Source: Pseudomonas aeruginosa PAO1
GTDB lineage: Bacteria; Pseudomonadota; Gammaproteobacteria; Pseudomonadales; Pseudomonadaceae
NCBI RefSeq assembly: GCF_000006765.1
Contig: NC_002516.2
Reading direction: 5' to 3' (one strand)
DNA: 64,000 bases
Shown here: positions 43,691 to 53,255 of the stretch, piece by piece
How positions within the stretch are numbered: the first letter of the stretch is position 1
How the letters are laid out: each line of letters begins with the position of its first letter
Position numbers and translations under genes: made by a program
Notes under the pieces: generated by a model
Database searches by the model: none
What the model saw: the letters and a program-made list of their open reading frames with translations, nothing else
What the model was told of the DNA's origin: nothing

Positions 43691-44098
43691 ATGCTTACCG
43701 GTCTCAATCACCTGACCCTGGCGGTCGCCGACCTGCCGGCCAGCATCGCCTTCTACCGCGATCTTCTCGGCTTTCGCCTGGAAGCGCGCTGGGACCAGGG
43801 CGCCTATCTCGAACTGGGTTCGCTGTGGCTGTGCCTGTCCCGGGAGCCGCAGTACGGCGGGCCGGCCGCGGACTACACGCACTACGCCTTCGGCATCGCC
43901 GCCGCGGATTTCGCCCGCTTCGCCGCGCAGCTGCGCGCGCATGGCGTGCGCGAATGGAAGCAGAACCGCAGCGAGGGCGATTCGTTCTACTTCCTCGACC
44001 CGGACGGCCATCGCCTGGAGGCCCACGTCGGCGACCTGCGCAGCCGGCTCGCGGCGTGCCGGCAAGCGCCCTATGCGGGAATGCGTTTCGCCGACTAG
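43691..44098 (+). CDS. fosA: Fosfomycin resistance glutathione transferase FosA, 135 aa
   Basis: [43 protein letters not shown]. Confidence 0.98.
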
Positions 44099-45072
44099 GC
44101 CTTGGCCTTGCCGGAAGCTACGGACGCCACGGCCGGGCCGGCGAGGCGCTTCAGCAGGCGCGGGCGGTTGGTCTCCAGCGCGCCGCCGCGTCCCCGCAGG
44201 CCGTCCCACAGGCCCCAGCCCAGGCAGCGCAGCTTGAGCAGCTTGTCGCGTTCGAGCAGGAGCACCGCGAGGCCCTGGGTCAGGGTCGGCAGGTTCGCCA
44301 GCAGGGCCAGCGGCGAGGACCGGGCGTAGCGGCGCAGGACCAGCAGGCCGTTGCGCGCCAGGTAGTAGCGGCGCAGCGGGGCGTGGTTCATCGCGCTGAG
44401 GCTGAGACCGCCGAGGCGGCGGGTCTTGCGCGTGCCGATGCGGTGCTCGAGGACCAGCCGCGGGTCGACGTACAGGGGCACGTCCAGCGCCTGGGCGCGC
44501 AGGCTGTATTCGGTGTCCACGTGGTCGATGAACAGTTCCTCGTCGAAGTGGCCGAGGCGCTGGTAGGCCTCGCGGGTCAGCAGGCAGCCGGAGGAGATCA
44601 GGAACGAGGTGCGCTGCGGGGTCGTCAGGCCGTCCAGAGACAATTGCCTGAGCGTCAGTCCGTCGAGATGGATGGCCGGCAGGAAGCGCCGGTCACCCCG
44701 GTCGAAGATCCGTGGGCCGAGCAGGCAGGCCTGACCGTTGCGCGCCTGCAGGTTGCGCCACTGGGCGGCGAGGAAGGCGCCGCCGGGACGGGAGTCCTGG
44801 TCGAGCAGCAGCACACCCTGCACGCCACGCCGGAATAGCGCGTCGAGTCCCTGGTTGAAGGCGCCGGCGATGCCCTGCCGGTTGCCGTGGTGCAGCACGG
44901 CGATGCCTTGCCCGCGCAGCCGGGCATTGCGCTGCGGATCGCTGTGCGGTGAGTTGTCGACGGCAAGGAAGCGCAGTTGCGGAAACGCCGCCGCCAGTTC
45001 GCCAAGGTGTTCCAGGTCGTCGTCGCCAGGATTGAACAGTACCACCAGCACGCCCATGTCTATCCGGTCCAT
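44095..45072 (-). CDS. rhlC: Rhamnosyltransferase 2, RhlC, 325 aa
   Basis: [40 protein letters not shown]. Confidence 0.97.
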
Positions 45073-46328
45073 GATCGTTCTTCTCCCGTAGGTCGAAGTT
45101 GCCAGGCCAGGACCAGCCCGGCCAGAACGAGAAGGGCGCCGGCGAGGAATGGCGCGCCGGCCAGGGGCAGCGGCGCGAGCGGACCGCTGCCCCAGTGGAA
45201 CAGGCCGCTCATCAGCGGCGGACCGACGATCGCGGCGAGGCTCATCAGGCTGCTCAGCACGCCCTGCAACTCGCCCTGGCGGTCGACCGGCACGCGGGCC
45301 GAGAGCAGCCCCTGCATGGCCGGGGTGGCGAGGCTGCCGAGCGCGAAGGGCAGCAGCGCGCAGACCAGCCAGAATGACGAGTCGACCAGGGCGAACAGCA
45401 GCAGGCCGCAGCCTTGCAGGGCGAGGCCCAGGCGCAGCAGGCGGGCGTCGTCCAGGCGCCGCTTGCAGAGGTTCACGCCGAGGGTCTGGGCGAGCACCGC
45501 GAGCACGCCGTAGAGGGCCAGCGAGTAGCCGATCCAGGCGCTGCTCCAGTGAAACTTCTCGATCACGAAGAACGGCCAGACCACCATCACCGCCTGCAAG
45601 CCGAGGAATACCAGGGCAAGCACCGCCAGCAGGCGTCCGACCCCCGGTTGCCGAGCCAGGCCGCTGATCGAGCGCAAGGCATTCATCCGCCTCGGGTCCA
45701 GGCGGCGGCGTCGCGTCGGGGGCAGGGTTTCCTCGAGGAACAGGCCGGCGAGCAGGGCGTTGAGCAGGCACAGGCCGGCGGCCAGCAACAGCGGCAGCGT
45801 CGTGCCGTGCACCGCCAGCAGCCCACCGAGGGCGGGGCCGAGGATCATGCCCAGGGCGAGGCCGGCGTACAGCCAGCCGAAGTGCCGGGTGCGCTGCCCG
45901 TGCGTGCCGAGGTCAGCCGCGCAGGCCATCGCGGTGGCCACGCTGGCGCCGGTGAGCCCGGCCAGCGCGCGACCGAGGAACAGCATCCAGAGGCTGTCGG
46001 CCAGCGCCAGCAGCAGATAGCTGAGGGCGAAGCCGAGCATCGCCAGGACCAGGACGGGGCGGCGTCCGAAGCGGTCGCTGAGGCTGCCGAGGACCGGCGA
46101 AAAGAACAATTGCAGCAGCGCGAAGGTCATCACCAGGGCGGCGCCCCAGGTGGCCGCGTCGCGGACCGCCAGCGGCGCCACGCTGCCGATCAGCGTCGGC
46201 AGCAGGGGCACGATCAGGCCGACGCCAGCGGCATCCAGCAGGCAGGTGAGGAACAGCAGAGGCAGGACGCGTTTCGCGCCGGGACCGTGTTCCCGCGTGG
46301 CGGAGGGGCAGAGGCTGGTCGTGGACAC
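45060..46328 (-). CDS. TetA-like MFS transporter co-transcribed with rhlC, 422 aa (GTG start)
   Basis: GSLSDRFGRRPVL motif A; 3' end overlaps the rhlC start. Confidence 0.92.
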   Translation of the reverse strand: MSTTSLCPSATREHGPGAKRVLPLLFLTCLLDAAGVGLIVPLLPTLIGSVAPLAVRDAATWGAALVMTFALLQLFFSPVLGSLSDRFGRRPVLVLAMLGFALSYLLLALADSLWMLFLGRALAGLTGASVATAMACAADLGTHGQRTRHFGWLYAGLALGMILGPALGGLLAVHGTTLPLLLAAGLCLLNALLAGLFLEETLPPTRRRRLDPRRMNALRSISGLARQPGVGRLLAVLALVFLGLQAVMVVWPFFVIEKFHWSSAWIGYSLALYGVLAVLAQTLGVNLCKRRLDDARLLRLGLALQGCGLLLFALVDSSFWLVCALLPFALGSLATPAMQGLLSARVPVDRQGELQGVLSSLMSLAAIVGPPLMSGLFHWGSGPLAPLPLAGAPFLAGALLVLAGLVLAWQLRPTGEERSWTG

Positions 46329-46390
46329 GCCAGGATCCTCCCGGCGAACACAGGAAATCCTGATCTTGGGACGCCAGCGAGGGCAAGGGA

Positions 46391-46410
46391 AACTACCGGA
46401 ATTCACAGGT
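46391..46410 (-). promoter_or_regulatory. las/rhl box upstream of the MFS-rhlC operon
   Basis: Minus strand ACCTGTGAATTCCGGTAGTT fits CT-N12-AG and matches the rhlA box as I recall it (TCCTGTGAAATCTGGCAGTT) at 16/20. Confidence 0.85.
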
Positions 46411-46550
46411 TCGACGAACGGTCGCGGCAACGCCGGCGGGCGGCGTGATGTCATAATGATGCGACCCGTGCGCCAGTCGGGTATCCTTGCCGGCCTCTCA
46501 ACGTTGTTTCCTAACGATATTTTCCTCCTGTCGCGAGCAAAGGGATTTCA

Positions 46551-47330
46551 ATGACGCCCAGAAAAGGAAAGCTACCTGCCGTGCTCGCCTGCATGGCATC
46601 GCTGGCGGGCTGCAACATCAACCCGGCGAACCAGGGCTAGGTGTCGTCCTGGTTCTCCATGCGCGCCGGCGATCCGCCCAGTTTCGTCACCGGCGTGGTC
46701 GGCTTCGAGAACACCGGCAGCAACGACCCGTCCACCCGCCTGACCCTGCGTTTCCGCGATCCCGCCTCCAAGACCCATGCGGCCCACGTCACCACCTCGT
46801 CGTACTCCGAGCTGTTCAGCCTCGCACTGACGCCGCGCTACTACGAGCTTTACGAGTTCGAGGTGAGGTACCTGTCCTATACCGTCACCCGCGAGACCGG
46901 TGCGTACGAGGAGCGCTGCGAGGCCAACGGCGAGGCGCTGGAGAAGACGGTCCAGAAAAGGAAGCGCAGCGTCACCCACACGGCGGTGAACGTGGAGTCC
47001 AACTGTCGTTCTACGCCGCTGACCAAGACCGACTACTACTACGAGACCTATACCTCCAAGCCGTTCTCCGCGCCGTTCCGTGCCGAGAGCTTCGCCACCA
47101 ACTACATCGGCGACTTCCGCGTGCAGTGCAGCTACAAGGAGAAGAAGGGCAAGACCCTCGTCGACAGCTGCCGTCTCAACTACGGCGCCGTCAGCCGCGA
47201 TCGGGTGGACGCCTGGGTGGCGCAGATGAACGAGGCAGACAAGGACAAGCGCGAGCCGCTGCCGCCGGTACGCCAGCAGGCGGTCGACACGAAGAAGGCC
47301 GGCAAGCTCATCCATTCGGTATTTCGCTGA
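46551..47330 (+). pseudogene. Putative lipoprotein interrupted by an in-frame TAG at 46638-46640
   Basis: ATG 46551 encodes MTPRKGKLPAVLACMASLAG-C (LAGC lipobox) then NINPANQG*, in the same frame as the 229-aa ORF 46641-47330. Confidence 0.75.
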
Positions 47331-47339
47331 GGCGCTCGC

Positions 47340-47690
47340 TCAAAGAGCGCCGGCGATCGCGCGCCAGGTGTCGGCGTATCGCCATCGCAGCCAGGCGACC
47401 AGGCAGCGCTCGTGCCAGCGTCGCAGGGCGCTGCTCCTTTGCCGCGCCAGGCGTCGCTCGATGGCCTCTTCCAGCCAGGCCTTGTCGAAGGCGGTCCATA
47501 CCGCCGGAGCGGGGCTGAGCAGGTTGCCGTGGCAGACCGGCGCCACCTCCTCGAAGAACAACCGTTCCAGCAACGCCGGGTCGACGCCCTTTATCCGCCG
47601 GGCGATATCCTCGGGCTCCAGGAGAGTGTCGACGAAGGCGTCGGATAGCGCGTGGCGCAGTCGTCGGCGTTGGCTCGGGTCAAGGGCCAT
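47340..47690 (-). CDS. Small hypothetical protein (DUF7079-like), 116 aa
   Basis: ALSDAFVDT and LFFEEVAPVCHGNLL...WTAFD motifs. Confidence 0.7.
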   Translation of the reverse strand: MALDPSQRRRLRHALSDAFVDTLLEPEDIARRIKGVDPALLERLFFEEVAPVCHGNLLSPAPAVWTAFDKAWLEEAIERRLARQRSSALRRWHERCLVAWLRWRYADTWRAIAGAL

Positions 47691-47756
47691 GGCAGGTATG
47701 GGTCCGCAGGCTGGTGCGCAGGCAGCATAACCCGCCACGGCCAGTGCGGAGAGGCG

Positions 47757-48170
47757 TCAGGCCCGACGGGGACGCCAGGAGCGACGACGGAGGGGCTGGC
47801 GCTGGCGGCCGAACCAGCGCCAGCGGTTGCGCCGTAGCGCCTCGTGGCACTCGTCGCGCAGCCAGGCTGGCAGCAGGCGCAGCCAGCGCAGGTGACGCCA
47901 GGGGCCCGGCAACAGGCGCAGCACCTCGAGCAGGGCATCGTTGTCGTCGCAGGCGTAGGCGCCGTCGACGAACAGCCAGGTATCGAAATGATCGGGTGCC
48001 AGCCCGAACCAATCGAGAATCGCCAGGCCTTCGGCGGACTGCGCGGCAAGCAGCTTCAGCCGGTGGTCGGCGCGGCGTGCCAGGAAACCGCTCCAGAGCG
48101 TGCAGAAGCGGCAGTGCTGGTCGTACAACACGACCTTGTCGCCGGGCTGGAGGTACGGCGGCAGTGACAT
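47757..48170 (-). CDS. DCC-family thiol-disulfide oxidoreductase
   Basis: YDQHCRFC (DxxCxxC) and RNRWRWFGR; the start could extend about 35 codons upstream. Confidence 0.82.
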   Translation of the reverse strand: MSLPPYLQPGDKVVLYDQHCRFCTLWSGFLARRADHRLKLLAAQSAEGLAILDWFGLAPDHFDTWLFVDGAYACDDNDALLEVLRLLPGPWRHLRWLRLLPAWLRDECHEALRRNRWRWFGRQRQPLRRRSWRPRRA

Positions 48171-48426
48171 GAGGGGGCCCCCTTGGGTTCGGCTTTGTGC
48201 GCAAGCCCGGAACCGTAACGGCGGGAAGGGAGGACGACTAGTCGGTGTGCTGTCAGAGTTTTCTTTCTGTGCGGTCATCGATTCGTCTTTCGCCGGACGG
48301 CGTCGGGCAACGCGCCATTCCTCTTCCTGAAGGACGATGCTGCGCCAGGCCGGTTTAAGTTCGATGACGCCGGGACGAACGGGAGATGTCCCCGTCCGTG
48401 GGGCACGGACGGGGCGCGGCGGGGAA

Positions 48427-49302
48427 TCAGCGGGCGAACGCTTCGAGAAGGGTCTTGGCGGCCAGCTTGCCAAGGTTGTTGGAGGCCAGCGGGCTGTCGC
48501 CGGTGAGCAGCTTGCGGTCGCGGTGGACCTGGCCGGTGATGCCCTTGTTGAGGATCTTCACCCCGAGCTTCTGCAGGTTCTCGCCCACCAGCCAGGGCAG
48601 GGGACCGGGCATGTAGCCGATCTCCAGGTTGGCGCCGGTGTCCAGGGCGTCGGGGAACACGCAGATCTCGTAGCCCTTGAACGGGTAGTCCTCCGGCTTC
48701 TCCTCGACCGCCGGTGCCAGCAGGCAGGCCGGACCGTGGCAAAGGGTGATGATGTAGCGGTCCTTGGCGAGGAAGGCATTGAGCAGCCGTTTCACCTCCC
48801 GGCTGTGCGGAATGCCCGCCAGCACGCCGTGGCCGCCGGGAACGAACACCGCGGCGTACGGCGAGTCGTCGGCGACGGCCTGCTCCAGGAGGTCGGCGAG
48901 CTTCCGCGGCGCTTTCAGCTTGGGCAGGTACTTCGCGTAGATGCTCTTCACCGCCTCGTCCTCACCGGGCATCGCCCACATCTCCAGCTTCACCGGGTTG
49001 CCGGAGAGCGTGGCGACATCGAACTCGAAGCCGGCCTTGTCCAGGTGGTACATCGGCAGGAGCATTTCCACCGGGTGGTTGCCGGTGGAGAACATGCTGG
49101 CGTTCTGCATCAGGATGTAGCGTTCGTCGGTACCGATCATCAGCACCTTCTTGCCGCCCTTGTACGGGGTCGGGTAGTCGGCGCCGTCGAAGTCGGTCTT
49201 TGCCGAGGTGTACTGGCTCAGGGAATAGGGCGAGGGAAAGAACGCGTTGTGCTCGGCGGGGTCGGGCGTCGGGGTTCTGCTGGTATCGCGCTCGTTGCTC
49301 AT
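48427..49302 (-). CDS. hchA: Hsp31 / glyoxalase III (DJ-1/PfpI family), 291 aa
   Basis: [47 protein letters not shown]. Confidence 0.95.
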
Positions 49303-49368
49303 GGCTCGTTCCTTTCTGCGTGATGGAGGTCGTACCAAGACGATAGGCGGGGTCGCCGGCCGGCGAAA

Positions 49369-49417
49369 TAGGGGAAATCCCCTAACCCACGATCGGTCGC
49401 CTGAGGGTTTTCCCCTA
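49369..49417. promoter_or_regulatory. Two related 16-bp dyads between hchA and the LuxR gene
   Basis: TAGGGGA-AA-TCCCCTA (49369-49384) and TGAGGGTTTTCCCCTA (49402-49417), 33 bp apart. Confidence 0.65.
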
Positions 49418-49473
49418 TGGGCTTTTGCCGGCAAGCCGGGGATCATGCGGAAAAAGCCAGGAATGCCCGCGCC

Positions 49474-50205
49474 ATGACCGACTACGCCAGCCTTCTCTTC
49501 GACAGCGTCGCCCGGCTGCGCAAGGCCGCTACCACCGAGGCGGTCTGCCGCGAGATGGTGGAGTTCGCCGCACGCCTGGGCTTCGACCGGGTGATCGTCT
49601 GCAGCCTGTTCCCCCGCCCCGACGAGGACGAACTGATCGACGAGCTGTTCTTCGTCCATGGCGACTGGGCCGAAGGGCGCAGCGCCCAGGAGCGCGACGC
49701 CTATCTTCTGCACTGTCCGGTCACCCGGCACATCCTCGAACTGGACGAGCCGTTCTTCTGGTCGAAGAGCCCCTCGGAGGATCCCGAGCGCATGACCTAC
49801 CGCATCGTCCGTGGGGTCCGCGACCTCGGCCAGGTCAATGGCATGCAGGTGCCGGTGTTCGGCCGCAACGGCCTGGAGGGCGCGGTGTCTTTCGCCGGCG
49901 AGCGGCTGGACCTGAATGCCGGTTGCAAGCTCGCCGCCCAGGCCTTCTGCCCGATCCTGTTCTTCGCCCTGAAGCGCCTGCGCGGCCCTGTGTCGGCGGG
50001 CGATGCGCAAGCGCTCAGCGAGCGCGAGCGGGAAGTCCTGCAATGGATCGCCCTGGGCAAGCAGCAGGCGGAGGTGGCGGCGATCCTGATGATTTCCGAG
50101 CGCACCGTGGAGAATCACCTGCGTGCCGCCCGCCGCCGTCTCGGCGCGGCGTCCACCGCCCAGGCGGTGGCGCGGGCGCTGCGCCTGGGCGATATCGAGG
50201 TCTGA
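49474..50205 (+). CDS. LuxR-family solo regulator, 243 aa
   Basis: Autoinducer-binding-type N-domain plus [16 protein letters not shown]...[12 protein letters not shown]; no luxI nearby. Confidence 0.9.
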
Positions 50206-50211
50206 GCGGCC

Positions 50212-51228
50212 TCAGGGAGCTGACGTGAGGACGATCTTGCCGATGTGCTGGCCGGAGTCCATCAGTTCGTGGGCCTGGCGCGCCTGTTCCAGGGGGAAGG
50301 TGCGGAACACCTGCGGCCGGACAGTGCCGGCGCGCACGTGCGGCCAGACCTGGCGCTCCAGTTCGGCGATGATCGCGCCTTTCTCGTCGTGGCTCCGCGA
50401 GCGCAGGGTCGAGCCAAGATGGACCAGGCGCTTGCTCAGCATCGGGAACAGGTCGACTTCGGCGGCCTTGCCCTTGATCACGCCGATCTGCACGATCCGT
50501 CCGTTCATCGCCGCCGCCTGGTAGTTCCGCGTCACATAGTCGCCGGCAACGATATCGACGATCACATCGACCCCGCGACCTTCGGTGCCGCGCAGCACTT
50601 CCTCGACGAAATCCTGCTCGGTGTAGTCGATCGCCACGTCGGCGCCGAGGCGCAGGCTGGCCTCGCGCTGGGCCTCGCTGGAGATCGTGGTGAAGATTTT
50701 CGCCGCGCCGAAGGCCTTGCCCAGCATGGTCGCGGCGGTGCCGATGCCGGAGGCGCCACCGTGGACCAGCAGCGTCTCGCCGGCCTTGAAGCCACCGCGC
50801 TGGAACAGGTTGACCCAGACGGTCATGAAGGTTTCCGGCAGCGCCGCCGCTTCCTCCATGCCCAGGCCGTCGGGCAGGTGCAGGGTGGTGCGCTCGTCGG
50901 CCACCGCGAACTGCGCGTAGCCGCCGCCGGGAATCAACGCCATCACCGCCTCGCCGACGGCGAAGCGGCTGACCTCGCTGCCGACCGCCCGCACCGTGCC
51001 GGCGATCTCCAGGCCGGGAATGTCCGAGGCGCCGGGTGGCGGGTCGTACACGCCCTTGCGCTGAAGCACGTCGGGACCGTTGACGCCGGCGGCGCGGACT
51101 TCGACCAGGACCTCGCGCGGGCCGGGCGTCGGCAGCGGCCGGCTGGTCGCCACCAGTACCTCGGGGCCGCCGGGCCGGGCGATCTCGATGGCGGTCATTC
51201 GTTCGGGAAATCGGTTCGTACTGCTCAT
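50212..51228 (-). CDS. NAD(P)H:quinone oxidoreductase (zeta-crystallin/PIG3 family), 338 aa
   Basis: GVNGPDVLQRKG.Y, PETFMTVW, VHGGASGIG, GSTLRSR. Confidence 0.93.
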   Translation of the reverse strand: MSSTNRFPERMTAIEIARPGGPEVLVATSRPLPTPGPREVLVEVRAAGVNGPDVLQRKGVYDPPPGASDIPGLEIAGTVRAVGSEVSRFAVGEAVMALIPGGGYAQFAVADERTTLHLPDGLGMEEAAALPETFMTVWVNLFQRGGFKAGETLLVHGGASGIGTAATMLGKAFGAAKIFTTISSEAQREASLRLGADVAIDYTEQDFVEEVLRGTEGRGVDVIVDIVAGDYVTRNYQAAAMNGRIVQIGVIKGKAAEVDLFPMLSKRLVHLGSTLRSRSHDEKGAIIAELERQVWPHVRAGTVRPQVFRTFPLEQARQAHELMDSGQHIGKIVLTSAP

Positions 51229-51313
51229 CGCATGCTCCTGGGAAAATGGTTCGGACCTGGTTCGCATGGTAAGCAGCGCGGATGCCGTGGTCGCGCAGCG
51301 CTTTTTCATTAGA

Positions 51314-51333
51314 CTGATGCGAAAATGCATCAG
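51314..51333. promoter_or_regulatory. Palindrome between the quinone oxidoreductase and LysR genes
   Basis: CTGATGC-GAAAAT-GCATCAG, perfect 7-bp arms. Confidence 0.55.
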
Positions 51334-51343
51334 GAAAACCGCC

Positions 51344-52219
51344 ATGAATTGGGACGACACCCGCGTCTTCCTCGCGCTCTGCCGCGAGCACACCCTGCGC
51401 GGCGCCGCCCGCGCGCTTCACGTCGACCAGGCCACGGTGGGCCGGCGGCTGGCGTCGCTGGAGGCGGCGCTGGGCTCGACCCTGTTCCTGCGCACCTCGT
51501 CCGGCTACCTGCTGACCCCGGCCGGCGAGGCGGCCTTCGAACTGGCCGAGAAGATGGAGCGCTCGGCCCTGGAGTTGCTACGGCGGACCCGCGGGATGGA
51601 CCACCGACTGTCCGGCGAGGTGCGGTTGTCCACCACCGACTCCCTGGCCGTCGACTTCGTGCTACCCGCCCTGGCCCGCCTGCACCTTGAACACCCGGAT
51701 ATCCGCGTGCTGCTCGACAGCGCTTCGGCCGTGGTCGACCTGCCCAAGCGCGAGACCGACATCGCGATTCGCACCCTGCGGCCGGAAAATCCCGATTTGA
51801 TCCTGAGAAAACTCGCCAGTTGGCCCATGGGCCTGTTCGCTTCCGCGGACTACCTGCGGCGCAACGGCGTGCCGGTGCCCGGCGAGCGTTTCCGCGGCCA
51901 CGACCTGGTGATGTACGAACCCTATTGGCACAGCCAGCGCGAACTGACCCTGGGCGGCGAGCCGATCCGCGACGGCCGGGTGGTCATCGCGGTGAATTCC
52001 AACATGATGGTGCGCCAGGCCCTGGCGCGCGGCCTGGGGCTCTGCGAGCTGCCGCTGTACATGGGCGAGCGCGACGGACTGGTGCGGGTCTGGCCGCAGC
52101 GCGAGCGACGCCGGCCATACGAGGTGTGGATGGTTACCCACAAGGACCTGCGCCACACCGCGCGGGTCCGCGCGGTGATCGAGCGGTTGGTGGAGGCGTT
52201 CGCCGAAGCGCCGGCCTGA
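51344..52219 (+). CDS. LysR-family regulator, 291 aa
   Basis: MNWDDTRVFLAL...TLRGAARALHVDQATVGRR HTH. Confidence 0.95.
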   Translation: MNWDDTRVFLALCREHTLRGAARALHVDQATVGRRLASLEAALGSTLFLRTSSGYLLTPAGEAAFELAEKMERSALELLRRTRGMDHRLSGEVRLSTTDSLAVDFVLPALARLHLEHPDIRVLLDSASAVVDLPKRETDIAIRTLRPENPDLILRKLASWPMGLFASADYLRRNGVPVPGERFRGHDLVMYEPYWHSQRELTLGGEPIRDGRVVIAVNSNMMVRQALARGLGLCELPLYMGERDGLVRVWPQRERRRPYEVWMVTHKDLRHTARVRAVIERLVEAFAEAPA

Positions 52220-52309
52220 GCCTGCAACGCCGGCGCCGGGTTCCGGTCGAATGCGGCGGCGCGCCGCGGAATCGCGCATCATAGGCGCCATCAGATCGAG
52301 GAGATTTCC

Positions 52310-53158
52310 ATGGCAATCCCAAGCATCCCGCGTTTGGCCGTACTGACGCTCGGGCTGGCGCTCGCAGCGGCCGCCAGTGCCGCCGACGAGGCGCAACTGG
52401 TCGAGGCGATCAACGCCTACCGTGGCCAGGTGCAGTCCTGCGGCGGGCAGGCCAGCGGCGAACTGCCGCCGCTGGCCGCCGACCCGCGCCTGGCCTTGCC
52501 GGTGAATGCCGCTGGCGACCTGCAGCAGGCGATGGCACAGGCCGCCTACCCGATGGTCAACGTGCAGTCGATCAGCCTTTCCGGGCCGCGCGATGCCGGC
52601 GCGGCGATGAAGGCGCTGCAGGAAAGCTTCTGTCGCGTGGTGCTCGACCCGCAGTTCGTCGACGTCGGCGTCAGCCGCCAGGACCGCGACTGGCGCATCG
52701 TCCTCGCCCGGCCATTGCTGCGCGGTGGCATGGGCGATTGGCAGGCGGAAGGGCAGAAGCTCCTGGAACGGATCAATGCCGCCCGCGGGCAAGCCCGCCA
52801 GTGCGGTGGCAAACCTTACGCAGCGGCCCAGCCGCTGGCCTGGAACGCCACCCTTGGCGGCGCCGCCGAAGCGCATTCGCGGGCGATGGCCAACGGCAAT
52901 TTCTTCGACCACCTCGACCGCGACGGCCGCACCCCCGGCGACCGCGCCGAGCTGGCCGGCTACAGCGGCGGGCTGGTCGGCGAAAACATCGCCGCCGGCC
53001 AGGACGGGGTGGACAAGGTGGTCGACGGCTGGCTGGCCAGCCCGGGCCACTGCGCCAACCTGATGAATCCCGGCTACCGCGAGCTGGGCGCGGCCTACGC
53101 CACCGATCCGAAGAGCGACGCGGGAATCTACTGGACGGCCATGTTCGGTTCGCCCTGA
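52310..53158 (+). CDS. Secreted tandem CAP/SCP-domain protein
   Basis: Signal peptide; AAEAHSRAMA, GENIA, GWLASPGHCANLM; the N-terminal half is a degenerate second CAP domain. Confidence 0.88.
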   Translation: MAIPSIPRLAVLTLGLALAAAASAADEAQLVEAINAYRGQVQSCGGQASGELPPLAADPRLALPVNAAGDLQQAMAQAAYPMVNVQSISLSGPRDAGAAMKALQESFCRVVLDPQFVDVGVSRQDRDWRIVLARPLLRGGMGDWQAEGQKLLERINAARGQARQCGGKPYAAAQPLAWNATLGGAAEAHSRAMANGNFFDHLDRDGRTPGDRAELAGYSGGLVGENIAAGQDGVDKVVDGWLASPGHCANLMNPGYRELGAAYATDPKSDAGIYWTAMFGSP

Positions 53159-53202
53159 AGTCCTCCGCGCCCGGAGCTGACGACGGGCTGGGCGCCTTCC
53201 GC

Positions 53203-53234
53203 AAACGAAAAACCCGGCGCCATGGCGCCGGGTT
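53203..53234 (-). terminator. Intrinsic terminator of allE
   Basis: Perfect 24-nt palindrome AACCCGGCGCCATGGCGCCGGGTT with a U-tract on the minus strand. Confidence 0.8.
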
Positions 53235-53255
53235 CCCTTTCAGCCTGTCCCGCCC

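Noticed and set aside
47757-47800. Possible frameshift in the Arg-rich C-terminus of the DCC protein
   Set aside because: I found no recognisable family continuation in the alternative frame I translated; an ortholog alignment would be needed.
51327-51340. Identical 14-mer GCATCAGGAAAACC at 51327 and 62508
   Set aside because: At 51327 it is half a dyad plus the SD, and at 62508 part of a different dyad; most likely coincidence.
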